Assembly (NCBI GenBank): GCA_963774445.1
Contig: CAVZFC010000035.1
Span: 197,470 to 261,469, forward strand
Length of the DNA: 64,000 bases
Direction of reading: 5' to 3'
Origin: an uncultured delta proteobacterium
GTDB taxonomy: Bacteria; Myxococcota_A; Polyangia; Haliangiales; Haliangiaceae
The notes below the pieces were generated by a model that was given only the letters and a program-made list of their open reading frames with translations, was not told where the DNA came from and ran no database searches. This document shows positions 52,437 through 62,834 of this stretch, piece by piece; within the stretch, counting starts at the first letter, position 1, and each line of letters begins with the position of its first letter. Position numbers and translations under genes: made by a program.

Positions 52437-54447
52437 CAGCGCCAGGAACGCGCGCAGCGCCTGCTGCTCCCCGGCAGTCAGCGCCGGCGGATCGGCATCG
52501 GCGCCTTCGTGGTGGAAGGCGCCGGTCGCCGGATCGACGCGCACCCGCGCCAAGAGCTCCTCCAGACTGTCGGCGCTGCCGTTGGTGAAGTAGGGATGCT
52601 TGCGGTAGAGGCGCCGTAGCGACGGCACCCGCGAGCCCAGCGGGTGGACGTACGGCTCGACGCCGGTCTTCTGGTAGCCGTCGCTGCCCCAGACGATCGG
52701 TCCGCGTGCGCTCATCACCAGCGCCTCCCAGCGGTCGAACGGCACCCGCGTGGCCGGGTCGTCGGCCTGCAGGCGCGCGGCGTGGCAGCCCTCGCAGTGG
52801 TCGCGGAACAGCTCGGCGCCGCGCCGCTCGTCGTCGCCGAAGCTCGTCCGTCCCGCGACGGCCGGGTTGCTGGCGTGGGTGTAGACCATGAGGAACGACA
52901 TCAGCGCCCGGCGCAGCTCGACCGGGTCGAGCGTCGTCTGCTGCAGGCCGAGGAGCGGCAGCCACGGCACCACCGAGGTGTCGACCGAGAACCACGATGA
53001 TCGTCCGCTGTGCGCGTTGACCACGCGGAACTCGCTGTCAACCATGTCGGCCATGGTCCGGTCGAGGGCGCGCGAAAAGTGGGGCCGGTTGTTGAACAGC
53101 CCGCGGACCGAGCGGGTGGTGGCGTAGATGTCGTCGCGCCCGGTGTAGTGCGTGCGGCCGTCGCTGTAGCCGTCGTGGTGGCAGCTTTGACAGGTGAAGC
53201 GGCTGTCGGCGCCGTCGCTGCCGTTCCACGGCGCGATCAGCGTGGTGCTGTAGAGCGCCTCGCCCAGGCGGACCTCGGCGGAGACGGCGTCGGCGCCGGC
53301 GACCTGGACGATCGCCCGCGTGACACCGTCGGGCTCGACCGCGACCCAGGCGTCGAGCAGCGGGTTGGCGGCGACGGCGGCGCCGGTGGCGTCGTAGGCG
53401 ATGGCCGTGGCTCCGGGCGGCGCGCTGCTCGTCGCGACCGCCGGCGCCGCGGCGCCGGCCGACCAGCTGATCGTCGCCCCGCGGTCGCTGCCGGCGGCGG
53501 CCACCCGCGACACCGCCAATCCGTCGGCGGCCACGCGCAGGTCGATCGCTTCCGGCATCACCACGCCGGCCGCCGACAGGTTGACCTCGCCGCGGCGGTC
53601 GAGGACGCCGGCGCCGTCGACCGTGTAGAGGAAGGCGAACGAGTCGAGGTTGCCGAAGCCGCCACCGGTGCGATCGAGCGGGCGGTCCTCCAGGCCGCCG
53701 GCGGCGACGAGCAGCCGGCTGCCGTTGACCGCGGCCGCCACCGACACCAGCGGCCCGTCGTGGCGGATGGCCGCGACCTCGGCGACGGCGCCATCGGTCA
53801 CGCGATAGAATCTCGACCGCGCGATCGAGCAGACAGTCGACGACCAGATAGTCGCCGGCGGTGGCCAGCCGGTGCGGGCCCGGGCAACGGGCCAGCTCGC
53901 GCGCGGTGCCGGTGGCGGTGGCGACCGCCAGGATCCTCCCGGCCAGCTCGTCGGCGACGTAGAGGGTTCCGGCCGGGCCGGTGGCGACGTCGGCGATCGA
54001 TCCGACCTGGCCGGCCAGCCAGGTGGCGTGCGGCGACAGCGCGCCACCGGCGCCGCGCTGGTAGCCGCGGAGCTCGAGCGAGTCGTGGCCGCCGACCCAA
54101 ATCACACCGGCGCCGTCCGCCGCGACCGCCGTTGGCGTCAACGGCGCCGCCTCGCGCGCCAGCTCCAGGCCATCGGCGTCGATCAGCACCACCGCGTCGT
54201 CGCCGGCCAGCACCCCGGCGAAGCCACCGCCAGAGAGCGCGGCGAGGTCGACCGGGTCCGGACCGAGGGCGTGCTCGGCGGGCGGCAGCGCGGCGAAGTC
54301 GGTGGCCGCGCGCATCGAAGCCTCGTACGCGCGCAGCGGCGCCAACCGGTCGGCATCGTCGCCCGCGACCTGGCCCACCGTGCACGCGAGGAGCGCGAAC
54401 GCGGGGGCCAGGCAGAGCGCCCTACCAGCCGCCGGTCCCGCCGCCAC
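52431..54447 (-). CDS. lipoprotein fusion: beta-propeller-like N-domain + di-heme cytochrome c peroxidase (CCP/MauG family) C-domain; split across two frames near 53800-53830
   Basis: Lipobox LAPAFALLAC and the propeller-like part are in track ORF 53038..54570. The CCP part, with CQSCHH and CEGCHA heme motifs, is in ORF 52431..54047. Removing one base gives a continuous …LLDRAVEFYRVTDGAV…. Confidence 0.6.
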
Positions 54448-54964
54448 CCGTGCCACCACCGCCGGTGCCGCCGCCGCTACCGGTGCCGGCCAGGCTGGTG
54501 ATCCAACCCTGCACGCAGCCGAGCTCTTCGGTGTCGAGCGCCAGGCCGGTCGGCGGCATCGCCGTGCCACACGCGGGAGCGCCGCTGATCTTGTCCATGA
54601 GGTAGCTGCTCGTCGGATTGCCGGCCACGACCAAAACGTGGTTGGCGCAGGTCGAAGTGACGCCCATCAGTCGCTGGGCTACGCCGGCGCTGGCCAGGTC
54701 GAGTCCGGCGGCGGGCGCGTCGGCGTCGTGACAGGCGGCGTTGGTGCAGCGCGCCGCGAGCACCGTGGTCGGCGCGTTGGTGGCGCTGCACGCGGCCGTG
54801 CCCCCATCGGGGCCGGCGCCGGTGTCGTCGCCGCCGCCTGCGCCACCGCCACCGCCGCCGCCGCCGGGTGTGGGGTCGTAGGGCTGCACGGTGCAGGCGA
54901 CCGCGAGGGGAAGGAGAACGGCCAGCAGGCCGGGCAGGCGAATGGAACGTAGTAGCGTGGTCAC
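54422..54964 (-). CDS. PSCyt1-type (planctomycete cytochrome c domain) lipoprotein with poly-Gly linkers
   Basis: Lipobox LPLAVAC and PSCyt1 consensus features (C..ACH heme-like motif, VVAGNPTSSYL, MPPTG, QGWI). Directly upstream of the propeller-CCP gene on the same strand. Confidence 0.6.
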   Translation of the reverse strand: MTTLLRSIRLPGLLAVLLPLAVACTVQPYDPTPGGGGGGGGAGGGDDTGAGPDGGTAACSATNAPTTVLAARCTNAACHDADAPAAGLDLASAGVAQRLMGVTSTCANHVLVVAGNPTSSYLMDKISGAPACGTAMPPTGLALDTEELGCVQGWITSLAGTGSGGGTGGGGTGGGGTGGW

Positions 54965-55215
54965 GGTGATGGTCTCCCTTGTCTCCCCCGAGCAAACAGC
55001 AAGGGACGTACCGACGGCGCGATCGGCGCGAGATGGCCGCAAACCGCCGGTTTCGTCCGCCCGCGCGGGAGCGGGGGCGTGCGCCCGACGGCCTGGACCC
55101 ACACGGCGGTGACGCGCTCCCCCGGCACGGGTGGGGCCGGTGGAATCATCCGGGCTGCGGCTGGCTCCCGGCGCCGAATGAGGCGATAGTCAGCTGTTCC
55201 GCTGCGCTCTGGGCA

Positions 55216-57252
55216 ATGAACCTATCCAAGTTCTGGTTGGACTTCAGCCGCGGCTTCGGCGGCGCTGATACGCGTTCTCTCACCGTCGCCGCCGCGATCG
55301 GCATCGCTACCGGTTTTGGCGCCCTCGGCTTTCGCGCGCTGGTCGACGGCGTCACCCACACCAGCTTCGGCAGCGGCAGCTCACTCCTGGCGCAGGTGAG
55401 GGGAATGCCCTGGGAGCTGGTGCTGGGGCTGCCGGTGATCGGCCTCGTGATCGTTGCCAACCTGACCCAGTCCCTGGCCAAGGAGGCCAAGGGCCACGGT
55501 GTTCCCGAAGTGATGGAGGCGGTCGCCCACGGCGGCGGCAAGATCCGTCCGCGTCTGGTGGTGGTGAAGGCGTTGGCCTCGGCCATCAACATCGGCACCG
55601 GCGGGTCGGTTGGCCGCGAGGGGCCGATCGTGCAGATCGGCTCGTCGTTCGGCTCGTCGGTGGGGCAGGCACTCAAGGTTCCCGAGCAGCAGATGCGGCT
55701 GCTGGTGGCGTGCGGCGCGGCTGCCGGCATCGCGGCCACCTTCAACGCGCCGCTGACCGGCGTGATCTTCGCCGTCGAGATCGTCCTCGGGTCGGCTGCG
55801 ATCCGCACCTTCAGCCCGATCGTGGTCTCCAGCGTGCTGGCCACGGCGGTGTCGCGCTGGTTCCTGGGCGGCGCGCCGACCTTTGCCATTCCCGCGTACA
55901 CGTTGCGCAGCCCGGCGGAGTTGATCGCCTACACGCTCCTCGGCGTGCTCGCCGGTCTGATGGGCGTGGCCTTCATCCGCGTGCTCTACGGCATGGAGGA
56001 TCTGTTCGAACGGATGCCCGCGCAGCGGCTGGTGCCTCCGGTCGTCGCCGGGTTGATCGTCGGCGGACTGGCGCTGGTCGTGCCCAACGTGCTCGGCCTG
56101 GGCTACGAGACCATCGACATCGAGCTGCAGGGCACCCTGGCGCTGGGGATGCTGGCGCTGCTCCTGGTCGCCAAGCTGCTGGCGACCACGGCGACCCTGG
56201 CCGGCGGCGGCTCGGGCGGCATCTTCGCGCCGTCGCTGTTTCTCGGCGCGTCGCTGGGCGGCGCCTTCGGCGTGCTGGCGGGCCAGCTTGCGCCGTGGCC
56301 GACCGCGCACGTCGGCGCCTACGTGCTGGTCAGCATGGGCGCCGTCGTCGCGGCCACGACCCACGCGCCGCTCACCGCGATCCTCATCATCTTCGAGCTC
56401 AGCGGCGACTACGACATCATCTTGCCGCTCATGCTGGCCTGCATCGTCGGCACGCTGCTGTCCACGGCGGTCCACCGCGGATCGATCTACACCGAGAAGC
56501 TGGCCCGCCGCGGCATCCACATGGGCGGTGGCAAGGAGGTGATGGCGGTCCTGCGTACGCCGGTGCCGGAGCTGATGCGCCGCCCGACTAACTCGATCTC
56601 GCCCGCGCTGGCGTTCGACCAGGTGGTCGGCAGCGTGCTCGAGTCGGGCGGTGACGTCCTCTACGTGGTCAACGACCAGAAGGTGCTGCTGGGGGAGATC
56701 GTGCTCGACGAGATCCGCGGGGTGATCCGCGAGGACGTCCCGGCCGCCAACGCCGTCGACTGCATGACCGCGTGCCCGGCGGTGGTCGGCGAGAGCGAAA
56801 CCGTGGAGCAGTGCCTGGCGGCGTTCGCCGACAGCGACGCCGAGGAGCTGCCGGTCATCGATAGCCAGCGGCGGCTGGTCGGCGTGATCAAGCTCAAGGA
56901 TATCGTCGGCCTGTACAACCGCGAGCTGTTGCGCAAGAGCGACCTCGGGCTGCGCTTCCTCAGCCGGGTCGAGGAGCGCGAGAAGAAGGATTATGTCGAG
57001 CTACCGTCGGGCCACATCGTCGACGCCGTTCCCTGCCCGGACGAATTCGTCGGCAAGACCCTGCGCGAGCTCGACCTGCGGCGCAAGAACGAGGTCATGG
57101 TCGTCGGCCTGCGCCTGCCAGGCGTCGCCGGTACGGCGCGCCGGTCGCCGGATCCGGACGCGCCGCTGCCGCGCGGCGCGATCCTGGTGATCACCGGCCC
57201 GCGGGATCGGGTCCTGGCGCTCCGCCAGGGCGCCGAGTCGGCCAAAGGCTGA
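55216..57252 (+). CDS. ClC-family chloride channel/transporter with C-terminal tandem CBS domains and a TrkA-C domain
   Basis: ClC selectivity motifs GSGIP-like (GTGGSVGREGPIVQIG), GxFxP-like and broad TM topology. Two CBS modules are present. The TrkA_C-like tail is ELDLRRKNEVMVVGLRLPG…ILVITGPRDRV. Confidence 0.9.
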   Translation: MNLSKFWLDFSRGFGGADTRSLTVAAAIGIATGFGALGFRALVDGVTHTSFGSGSSLLAQVRGMPWELVLGLPVIGLVIVANLTQSLAKEAKGHGVPEVMEAVAHGGGKIRPRLVVVKALASAINIGTGGSVGREGPIVQIGSSFGSSVGQALKVPEQQMRLLVACGAAAGIAATFNAPLTGVIFAVEIVLGSAAIRTFSPIVVSSVLATAVSRWFLGGAPTFAIPAYTLRSPAELIAYTLLGVLAGLMGVAFIRVLYGMEDLFERMPAQRLVPPVVAGLIVGGLALVVPNVLGLGYETIDIELQGTLALGMLALLLVAKLLATTATLAGGGSGGIFAPSLFLGASLGGAFGVLAGQLAPWPTAHVGAYVLVSMGAVVAATTHAPLTAILIIFELSGDYDIILPLMLACIVGTLLSTAVHRGSIYTEKLARRGIHMGGGKEVMAVLRTPVPELMRRPTNSISPALAFDQVVGSVLESGGDVLYVVNDQKVLLGEIVLDEIRGVIREDVPAANAVDCMTACPAVVGESETVEQCLAAFADSDAEELPVIDSQRRLVGVIKLKDIVGLYNRELLRKSDLGLRFLSRVEEREKKDYVELPSGHIVDAVPCPDEFVGKTLRELDLRRKNEVMVVGLRLPGVAGTARRSPDPDAPLPRGAILVITGPRDRVLALRQGAESAKG

Positions 57253-57264
57253 GAACCGCTCGTC

Positions 57265-58383
57265 CTACTTGCGGCGGGACAGCCAGCTGGGCAGCCAGCT
57301 CTTGCGCCCGTCGTCGCCGGCGGGGCCAGCTTCGCCCGGCAGGTGGATCAGGCCCGACTCTTCCACCGGCACCGGGGTCTCGAAGCGCGAGCCCTGGGTG
57401 CGGTGGCCCAGCTCCAGATCCTGGCGCGCGCTCCCGACCGTACGGGCCAGGAGCGCGTAGATATCCTCGCCCGGGGTCGCGCGGCCGAGGACGCCGCCGA
57501 GTCGCCGGGCCATCTCGCGCACCGACGGGAAGCGATCCTCCGGGTCGAGCGACAGCGAGCGGTGGACGGTCTCCACCAGCTCGTCGGGCAGATCCTGACG
57601 GGCTCGCGGCAACGGCTCGTACCGTCCCTGGGCGATGCGGCGCAGCGCCTCGAACTGGTTGGCCTCGCCAAAGAGGCGCCGTCCCGTCAGCGACTCCCAC
57701 AGCACCGCGCCGGCCGCGAACTGATCCGAGGCCGGCGTCGCGCGCTCGCCGCGCACCACCTCGGGCGCCAGGTAGGCCGGCTTGCCCTTGGCGATGCCCT
57801 GCTCGGTGCGCTCGCCCTCGCGGTCGCGCGCCAGCGACAGGCCGAAGTCGATCAGGCGGGCGCTGCCCTTGTCGCCGATCAGCACGTTGTGCGGGGTCAC
57901 GTCGCGGTGGACGATCGGCTGGGCCACGCCGTCGTCGTCGGTCCGCTCGTGGGCGGCCGCCAGCCCGCGCAGCATGCCGATCGCGACGGCGACCATCAGC
58001 TCCCAGCGGGTCTGCCGGCCGCTGCGGTTGACGACGTGATCGATATAGGTGAACAGGTTGACCCCTTCGACCCACTCGATGACCAGGTAGAAGGATCCGT
58101 TGTTGACCAGGAAGTCGTGAATCTGGGCGATGTTCGGATCCTGGAGGGCGGCGCCGATGCGCGCCTCCTCGAAGAACATCTCGCGGTAGAGCGGCTGGGT
58201 CGCCAGGTGCGGGTACATCTGCTTGAGCGCCACGGTGCGCCGGAACTTGCCCGGGCCGTGCTGGAACGCCCGCCAGACCGTGGACATGCCGCCGCGACCG
58301 GCGATCTCGAGCACCTCGTATTTCCCCGCGATCCGGCCGGTCGGCCGGGGCGGCGGGATCGGGGGCGGCCCGCTGGGGTTCAC
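57265..58383 (-). CDS. Ser/Thr protein kinase
   Basis: GRGGMSTVWRA, ALKQM, HRDVTPHNVLI, DFG, APE motifs. GTG start. Confidence 0.85.
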   Translation of the reverse strand: MNPSGPPPIPPPRPTGRIAGKYEVLEIAGRGGMSTVWRAFQHGPGKFRRTVALKQMYPHLATQPLYREMFFEEARIGAALQDPNIAQIHDFLVNNGSFYLVIEWVEGVNLFTYIDHVVNRSGRQTRWELMVAVAIGMLRGLAAAHERTDDDGVAQPIVHRDVTPHNVLIGDKGSARLIDFGLSLARDREGERTEQGIAKGKPAYLAPEVVRGERATPASDQFAAGAVLWESLTGRRLFGEANQFEALRRIAQGRYEPLPRARQDLPDELVETVHRSLSLDPEDRFPSVREMARRLGGVLGRATPGEDIYALLARTVGSARQDLELGHRTQGSRFETPVPVEESGLIHLPGEAGPAGDDGRKSWLPSWLSRRK

Positions 58384-58415
58384 CCGTGCCTCCGGACGCC
58401 GCGCATCCCTCTATC

Positions 58416-59939
58416 TTAATCCGTTCGCAGCGTGTCGATAAAGCGGCGAGCGACCGCGCGCGGCGATTGGCCCTGCTCGTCCACAGCGCGGTTCATGGCG
58501 CGCATGGCGGCGGCGTCGATCGCGCCGTCGAGGGCACGCACGGCCCGGATCACGGCGGGATGACGGCCGGTCAGGCCCGGGCCGGCCAGGATCAGCGCGT
58601 CGTACGGCGGGATCGCGCCGCGATCGTCGCGCAGGACCACCAGATCGAAGGCGGCGATGCGACCATCGGTGGAGTAGGCGCTGATCACGTCCACCTGGCG
58701 GTCGGCGATCGCCTGGTACATCAGCGAGGGGTCCATGCTGCGCTGTTTGGCGAAGGCGAGGCCGTATTTCTGCCGCAGGGCGGCCCATTCGGGGCGGGAG
58801 AAGAACTCGTAGTCGGCGCCGATCGACAGATCGCCGGCGTGGGCGGCCAGGTCGCCGATGGTCTGGATGCCCAGGCGCTCGGCGTCGATGCGACGCATGG
58901 CCAGGCAGTAGGCGTTCTCGAAGCCGAGGGCGCCGACGACCGTGACGCCGTCGCGCCTGCGGAGCTCCCGCGTGACCGCGGCCTGGACCGCGGCGCGGTC
59001 GGCGGTGTCGCCCTCGCGGTGAAGGACCGTGGTCCAGAGCGTGCCGCTGTAGTCGACGTAGAGATCGATGTCGCCGGAGACCAGGCCGTCGTAGGCCACG
59101 GTCGATCCGAGCGACGGCAGGATGCGGGTGGACAGGCCGGTGCCGTCGCGCACCCGGTCGGCGAGGATTTCGGACAGGATGTACTGCTCGGTGAACGGCT
59201 TGGCGCCGACGACCACGTCGGCGCGTCCGCGTCCGCCTGCGCCCGTGACCATCGACACCCCTACATAGAGGTAGAGCAGGGACAGCGTCGCGGCGGCGAC
59301 GACGACCAGGGCCCGGCGGTGCCGCGCCATGCCGACGGCGAGTAAGAGGATCAGCCCGTCCAGGAGCAGCGCCAGCGCCGCGGCGGCCGCGCAGCCGACG
59401 ATGATGGCGTTGACGTTGCGCGTCTGCAGCCCGCTGAAGATGTAGTTGCCAAGGCTGGGCGCGCCGACCGGCGTCGACAGGGTCGCCATGCCCACGGTCC
59501 AGACCGCCGCCGTGCGCACGCCGGCGATGATCACCGGCAGCGCCAGCGGCAGCTCCACCCGCCAGAGGCGCTGGCCCGAGGTCATGCCGACGCCGTCGGC
59601 CGCCTCGATGACGGCGGCGTCGATGCCGCGCAGCCCGACCACCGTGTTGCGCAGGACCGGCAGCATGCCGTAGAGAACCAGCGCGATGAACGCGGGCAGA
59701 AAGCCGATGCCCGGCAGTCCGAGCGAGGAGAGCAGCGGCACCAGGATCGCCAGCAGCGCCAGGCCGGGCACCGTCTGCACCACGCTGGCAACGCCCGTGA
59801 CCGGCGTCTCCAGCCAGCGCACCCGCGCCGCCAGCACCCCCAGCGGAACGCTCAGCACCACGCCGCAGAAAAGCGCCAGCAGCGACAGCTGCAGGTGCGC
59901 GCCGCCGTAGGCGGGCAGCAGGGCGAGCTGCTCACGCAC
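58416..59939 (-). CDS. osmoprotectant (glycine betaine/choline, OpuC/OpuB-type) ABC transporter: permease fused to substrate-binding domain
   Basis: The N-terminal half is an ABC TMD with an EAA-like loop (AAVIEAADGVGMTSGQRLWRVELP). The C-terminal half is an OpuAC/OpuCC-type SBP. Confidence 0.85.
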   Translation of the reverse strand: MREQLALLPAYGGAHLQLSLLALFCGVVLSVPLGVLAARVRWLETPVTGVASVVQTVPGLALLAILVPLLSSLGLPGIGFLPAFIALVLYGMLPVLRNTVVGLRGIDAAVIEAADGVGMTSGQRLWRVELPLALPVIIAGVRTAAVWTVGMATLSTPVGAPSLGNYIFSGLQTRNVNAIIVGCAAAAALALLLDGLILLLAVGMARHRRALVVVAAATLSLLYLYVGVSMVTGAGGRGRADVVVGAKPFTEQYILSEILADRVRDGTGLSTRILPSLGSTVAYDGLVSGDIDLYVDYSGTLWTTVLHREGDTADRAAVQAAVTRELRRRDGVTVVGALGFENAYCLAMRRIDAERLGIQTIGDLAAHAGDLSIGADYEFFSRPEWAALRQKYGLAFAKQRSMDPSLMYQAIADRQVDVISAYSTDGRIAAFDLVVLRDDRGAIPPYDALILAGPGLTGRHPAVIRAVRALDGAIDAAAMRAMNRAVDEQGQSPRAVARRFIDTLRTD

Positions 59940-60696
59940 CGTCGACCTCGAGCAGCGCCGCCAGCTCGCGCGCCTGCCTGCGCGGCGTGTCCAGGAGTCG
60001 CGCGACCTCGTCGTCGGCCGGCGCGTCGATCAGCGCGCGCGGCGTGTCGATCTGCACCAGGGCGCCGTCGCGCAGCACGGCGATCCGGTCGGCCAGGAGC
60101 AGCGCCTCGACCACGTCGTGGGTGACGAAGACCGCGGTCAGCCCCAGCCTGCGGCGCAGCTTGCCGAACGACCGCTGCAGCCGGTCGCGGGTCAGCGGAT
60201 CGAGCGCGCCAAAAGGCTCGTCGAGCAGCATCAGCGCCGGCTTCGCCGCCAGCGCCCGGGCCACGCCGACCCGCTGCTGCTGTCCACCCGACAGCTCCGC
60301 CGGCATGCGCGATCCCATCGACGCCCCCAGCTCGACCAGCTCCAGCAGCTCGTCCACCCGCGCCCGCGTCTGGTCCCGCGCCCAGCCCGCCAGCGCCAGC
60401 GGCACGCCGACGTTGGCCGCCACCGTCATGTGCGGGAACAACCCGATGCGCTGGAAGACGTAGCCGATCCGCCGCCGCAACAGCGGCGCCGGCATCCCGG
60501 CGGCGTCATCGCCGTCGATGAGCACCTGGCCGTCGCTCGGCTCGACCAGCCGGTTGATCATCTTGAGCGTCGTCGTCTTGCCCGAACCCGAGCTGCCCAG
60601 CAGCACCACCAGCTCGCCCGCCTCGATCGTGAGCGACACGCCGTTGACCGCGACCGTGTCACCGAAACGCTTGGTCAGCTGGCGAAGCTCGATCAC
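59932..60696 (-). CDS. ABC transporter ATP-binding protein (OpuCA/ProV-like)
   Basis: Walker A GSSGSGKTT, signature LSGGQQQRV and Walker B LLLDEPFGALD. Overlaps the permease start by 8 nt. Confidence 0.9.
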   Translation of the reverse strand: MIELRQLTKRFGDTVAVNGVSLTIEAGELVVLLGSSGSGKTTTLKMINRLVEPSDGQVLIDGDDAAGMPAPLLRRRIGYVFQRIGLFPHMTVAANVGVPLALAGWARDQTRARVDELLELVELGASMGSRMPAELSGGQQQRVGVARALAAKPALMLLDEPFGALDPLTRDRLQRSFGKLRRRLGLTAVFVTHDVVEALLLADRIAVLRDGALVQIDTPRALIDAPADDEVARLLDTPRRQARELAALLEVDGA

Positions 60697-60731
60697 CGGC
60701 GCATCATAGCGTCCGGGCTAGCGCGGTTGGG

Positions 60732-62834
60732 CTACCAGACCGTGCACATGTTGTCGCGGTTCATCGGCGTGCCCTTGGCGCACTTGAACGCCTCGCCAAA
60801 GGCGGGCAGGTTCGACAGCGCGCCGTCGACGCGGAAGTGCGGCGGCGAGTGCGGGTCGGTCTTGACGCGCAGGCGCGCGGTCTCGTCGCGACTCTTGGTG
60901 CACCAGGCCTGGCCGACGGCGATGAAGTACTGCTGGTCCTCGGTGAAGCCGCCGGCCAGAACCTTCTCCTTGGCGTCCTTGCGCATGGCGCGGTAGGCCT
61001 CGAACGCCAGCTTGACGCCGCCCATGTCGGCGATGTTTTCGCCCAGGGTGAGCTCGCCGTTGAGGTGCACGCCGGGCAGCGGCTCGTAGCCGTTGTACTG
61101 GTCGATCACGCACTGCTTCTTGCCGTCGAAGTTCTTGGCCACCGCCGGCGACCACCAGTTCTTCAGCGCGCCGTTGCCGGCGAACTGCGAGCCCTGGTCG
61201 TCGAAGCCGTGGGTCAGCTCGTGGCCGACGATCATGCCCATGCTGCCCAGGTTGACCGCGGCGTCGGCCTTGGGGTCGTAAAACGGCGGCTGCAGGATGC
61301 CGGCCGGGAAGACCATGTGGTTCATGCTGGGGTTGTAGTAGGCGTTGACCGTCGGGGCGCTCATCATCCACTCGGTCCGGTCGACCGGCTTGCCCAGCTT
61401 GCTCAGGTCGTAGGCCTGCTGGAAGTGATCGGCGGCGATGGCGTTGGCGGCGTAGTTGTCGGGCGTGACCGCGAAGTCGTAGCTCTTCCACTTGTCGGGG
61501 TAGCCGATCAGGTAGGCCATCATCGACAGCTTCTCGCGGGCGAGCTTGCGAGTGGCATCGTCCATCCAGCTGTCGCTGGCCAGCCCCTGGCCGAAGGCGT
61601 TGCTGATGCCGTGGACCATCGACTCGGCCGCCGCCTTGGCGTCGCCGCCGAACTTGGCCTTGACGAACGCCGGGCCGAGGAGGTCGGGCAGCGCGTGGTC
61701 GGTGGCGCGGACGCAGCGCTTCCACCGGTCCTCGATCTGCTCCTGCCCGGTGAGGGTCTTCCGCATCGCGAAGTTCTCGTCAACGAACGCCTTGGGCAGG
61801 CGGCCGGCTTCGCTGTCGAGGATCTGCCACGCGAGGTAGCTCCGCCACACGTTCGCCTTGGTGTGGACGAGCATCTGGTTGATCTCCTCGAAGAACTTCG
61901 GCGACGAGATGTTGATCGCGGTCCAGTCGGGCCGTCCAAGGCCCTTGAAGTAGCCTTTCCAGTCGAAGTTGGGCACCAGCTTGTCGATGCCCTTGCGGTC
62001 GACGCGGTTGTCGAGGCCGTGCGGGTCGCGCATCTCGACGCGGCTCTTGGACGCCTTGGCCAGCTGGGTCTCGAGCGCCATCACGTTGGCGGCGTCGCGC
62101 TTGGCGGCAGCCGGCTTGTCGCCGGCGAGCTGGAACATCTTGGTGACGTGCTGGACGTAGGCCGTGCGAATAGCCTTGGTCTTGTCGTCGTCGTTGAGGT
62201 AGTAGTCGCGATCCGGGAGCCCCAGGCCGCCCTGCCAGAGCTGGGTGACCATCATGGTCGGATCCTTCAGATCCTGATCCACGTAGAGGGTGAACAGGGC
62301 GCCGACGCCGTTGGCGTGGAGCTGGGTCACCAGGGCGGTCACGTCCTTCTTGTTACGCACCTTGCCGGCCTGCTTCAGCCACGGCTGAATGGCGGACAGC
62401 CCGGCCTTTTCGATCGCGGCCTCGTCCATGCACGAGGAATAGAAGGCGCCCAGCTTCTTGGTGCCGGCGTCCTGGTCGGCTCCGCCGGCCGCCGCCGCCT
62501 CGAGGATCTGCCGCAGCGTCTTCTGGTTGCGCTCGTAGATCTCACTGAAGCCGCGGCTCCAGGTCGAGCGATCCGCGGGGATCTTGGTCTTGTCCAGCCA
62601 GCCGCCGCAGGCAAACTGGTAGAAGTCGTCACAGGGATCCGCGCTGCGATCCAGTGCCGTCTCGGACAGGCCGACCTGCTCGAGCGACTTCTCCACGACC
62701 GGCGGCCCGCTGGGGCCCGCGTCCGACGTCGCAGCCGAGGTCGGCTGCGGCGGTACCGCGGGCGGCGTGGGATTCGAGGAGCAGGCGGCGATCAGCGTCG
62801 CCAGCGAAGAACAAATCAAGAGGGTGCGTCCCAT
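60732..62834 (-). CDS. M13-family zinc metallopeptidase (neprilysin/PepO-like), lipoprotein
   Basis: HExxH VGHELTHGFD and ExxxD motif GENIADMGG. Lipobox LIAACS. ATG at 62834 with an AAGGAGA RBS. Confidence 0.9.
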   Translation of the reverse strand: MGRTLLICSSLATLIAACSSNPTPPAVPPQPTSAATSDAGPSGPPVVEKSLEQVGLSETALDRSADPCDDFYQFACGGWLDKTKIPADRSTWSRGFSEIYERNQKTLRQILEAAAAGGADQDAGTKKLGAFYSSCMDEAAIEKAGLSAIQPWLKQAGKVRNKKDVTALVTQLHANGVGALFTLYVDQDLKDPTMMVTQLWQGGLGLPDRDYYLNDDDKTKAIRTAYVQHVTKMFQLAGDKPAAAKRDAANVMALETQLAKASKSRVEMRDPHGLDNRVDRKGIDKLVPNFDWKGYFKGLGRPDWTAINISSPKFFEEINQMLVHTKANVWRSYLAWQILDSEAGRLPKAFVDENFAMRKTLTGQEQIEDRWKRCVRATDHALPDLLGPAFVKAKFGGDAKAAAESMVHGISNAFGQGLASDSWMDDATRKLAREKLSMMAYLIGYPDKWKSYDFAVTPDNYAANAIAADHFQQAYDLSKLGKPVDRTEWMMSAPTVNAYYNPSMNHMVFPAGILQPPFYDPKADAAVNLGSMGMIVGHELTHGFDDQGSQFAGNGALKNWWSPAVAKNFDGKKQCVIDQYNGYEPLPGVHLNGELTLGENIADMGGVKLAFEAYRAMRKDAKEKVLAGGFTEDQQYFIAVGQAWCTKSRDETARLRVKTDPHSPPHFRVDGALSNLPAFGEAFKCAKGTPMNRDNMCTVW

